8,774 nt of DNA from Octopus sinensis. Taxonomy: Eukaryota. The notes under the pieces were generated by a model. It ran no database searches. It saw nothing but the letters and a program-made list of their open reading frames with translations, and was not told the DNA's origin. The stretch is from contig NW_021828313.1 of assembly GCF_006345805.1 (NCBI RefSeq), positions 1 through 8,774 on the forward strand, read 5' to 3'. Made by a program: the position numbers and the translations under genes. This document shows, one piece after another, positions 7,190 through 8,774 of the stretch; the stretch's first letter is position 1, and each line of letters starts with the position of its first letter.

Positions 7190-7830
7190 TACATACATAC
7201 GTACGTACATACACACATATACACATACATACATACATAGATACATACATACAAACATACATACATACATACATATACATACATACATACGTACGTACAT
7301 ACACACATATACACATACATACATACATACTACGTACATACACACATACATACATCTATACATTCATACATACATACTATCATATATACATACATACATA
7401 CAGACATACATACATAATACATACATCATACATACACACATACACCATACATACAAACATACATACAACACATACATACATACAATACACACATACATAC
7501 AAACATACATACACACATACATACAACATACATACATACACACATACACACATATACATACAAACATACATACAAACATACATACTACATACATACATGC
7601 ATACATACATACATACTATATTATACATACACACACACATACATACATACATACATACATACATACATACATACATTCATACACACATACACATACATAC
7701 ATACATAATACATACATACATACATACATACATACATACATACATACATACACCTACTACATACACAGATGCCTACATACATACATACATCCACCACCAC
7801 ACACATACATACACACATACACACACACAC
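6950..7830. repeat. Long compound microsatellite: (CATC)n, then mainly (TACA)n with (CA)n and (CAGA)n
   Basis: Directly visible; it produces the H-T-Y-I / M-Y-V-C ORFs. Confidence 0.97.
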
Positions 7831-7959
7831 AGGCGTCATATGCACACGGATGGTTACGTGCAAGCTTTTGCTTATATAATAAAATTATTTCCTTCAATAA
7901 AATAAAAAAAACAGAGAAAAACTACAAAAATCTAAAATACGTAAACATCGAACAATGGC

Positions 7960-8165
7960 CTCCCCCCCTCTCTCTCTTTCCCTCTGTCTGTCTCTCTCTC
8001 TCTTCTCCCTTTCTCTCCCTCTGTCTATCTCTCTCTTTTCCCTTTCTCTCCCTATGTCTGTCTCTCTCTCTCTCTTTTCTCCCTTTCTCCCTCTCTCTCT
8101 CTCTCTCTCTCTGTCCCTCTCTCTCTCTCTCTTTCTCTCCCCTTCCCTATGTTTCCTTTTCTCCT
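7960..8165. repeat. (CT)n polypyrimidine microsatellite
   Basis: Directly visible. Confidence 0.95.
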
Positions 8166-8544
8166 TTTCACGGCTATTAAACCTATCGTCTGGATCTTTG
8201 AAATTTTCGTTCTCGTCGTTGCGAACAAAAGCAAATGTGTTAGCCATTGTAGATACAGCAGCATTTAAACTAGGAGTGGTTCGAAAAAGGAAAGAAAATG
8301 TACTATGGTTAATATTTATTAACAAACACAAGTCCTTTACAATTATTAATGCAACAAATAGTAATGAAAATGGCGACGGTGGCAGTCATGTCTGCAGTGA
8401 CGGAGCCCCCCACCACCTCTACGCGAACTATGGGTGTTGTCAGTATTTTCTAGTTAAACGAACTTCACAAATGATTTGGTTTCTGGTGTTCAAGGCGTTT
8501 GCGATGTTCAGTAGCCTTATGACCCTTCTACCAAATCGACAAGT

Positions 8545-8645
8545 GTAGCTCACGTCAGGTGGTGAAGTGACCGCAGGGGCAGCGTGAAAGGCAGCGTTTC
8601 TGTCCAAAAACAAGATGCATCACCTTGACTGGGAATCGAACCCCG
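8545..8645 (-). mobile_element. Decayed tRNA-SINE fragment (B box plus possible CORE-like segment)
   Basis: Perfect B box GGTTCGATTCC at 8642-8632, followed by ttgtttttggacagaaac (weakly CORE-like). The A-box region is replaced by microsatellite. Confidence 0.4.
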
Positions 8646-8649
8646 ATTA

Positions 8650-8774
8650 ATCTCTCTCTCTCTCTCCTCTCTCTCTCAAAATATCTATGTATATATATAT
8701 ATCTTTATCTATCTATCTATCTATTCTATCTATCTATCTATCTATCTATCTATCATCTATCTATCTATCTATCT
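8650..8774. repeat. (CT)n / (TA)n / (TATC)n microsatellite
   Basis: Directly visible. Confidence 0.96.

Noticed and set aside
6848-7905. 345-aa and overlapping ORFs
   Set aside because: They are (TACA)n translations. Only the last ~30 aa of ORF 6848..7363 is meaningful, and it is mariner pseudogene.
8160-8331. FLF-x7-AA spacing in ORF 7894..8331, resembling the mariner N-terminal HTH
   Set aside because: There are too few identities, no WF..F or GRP motif, and no left TIR upstream. The rest of the ORF is (GA)n.

Overview
Eukaryotic, repeat-saturated window with no convincing host gene. The SINE families resemble octopus/cephalopod repeats I recall, so the organism is an inference. The backbone is a fossil mariner (Hsmar1-like) transposon on the minus strand. 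It can be pieced together from four transposase fragments (6943 to 1911) plus its 3' TIR (1837), and it has been broken up by later insertions. These are two multimeric tRNA-SINE arrays (one head plus 5 or 4 bodies, each array inside a single TSD pair), a CORE-like SINE whose 3' tail is repeated 4 times, an older split copy of that family carrying a 45-bp foldback duplication, a third tRNA-SINE with a 13-bp TSD, an unidentified A-rich insert with hammerhead-like core motifs, and long microsatellites. The left end is a head-to-tail array of non-autonomous Helitrons with exact CTAG|TC junctions. The recurring theme is tandem multimerisation of mobile elements at fixed junctions.
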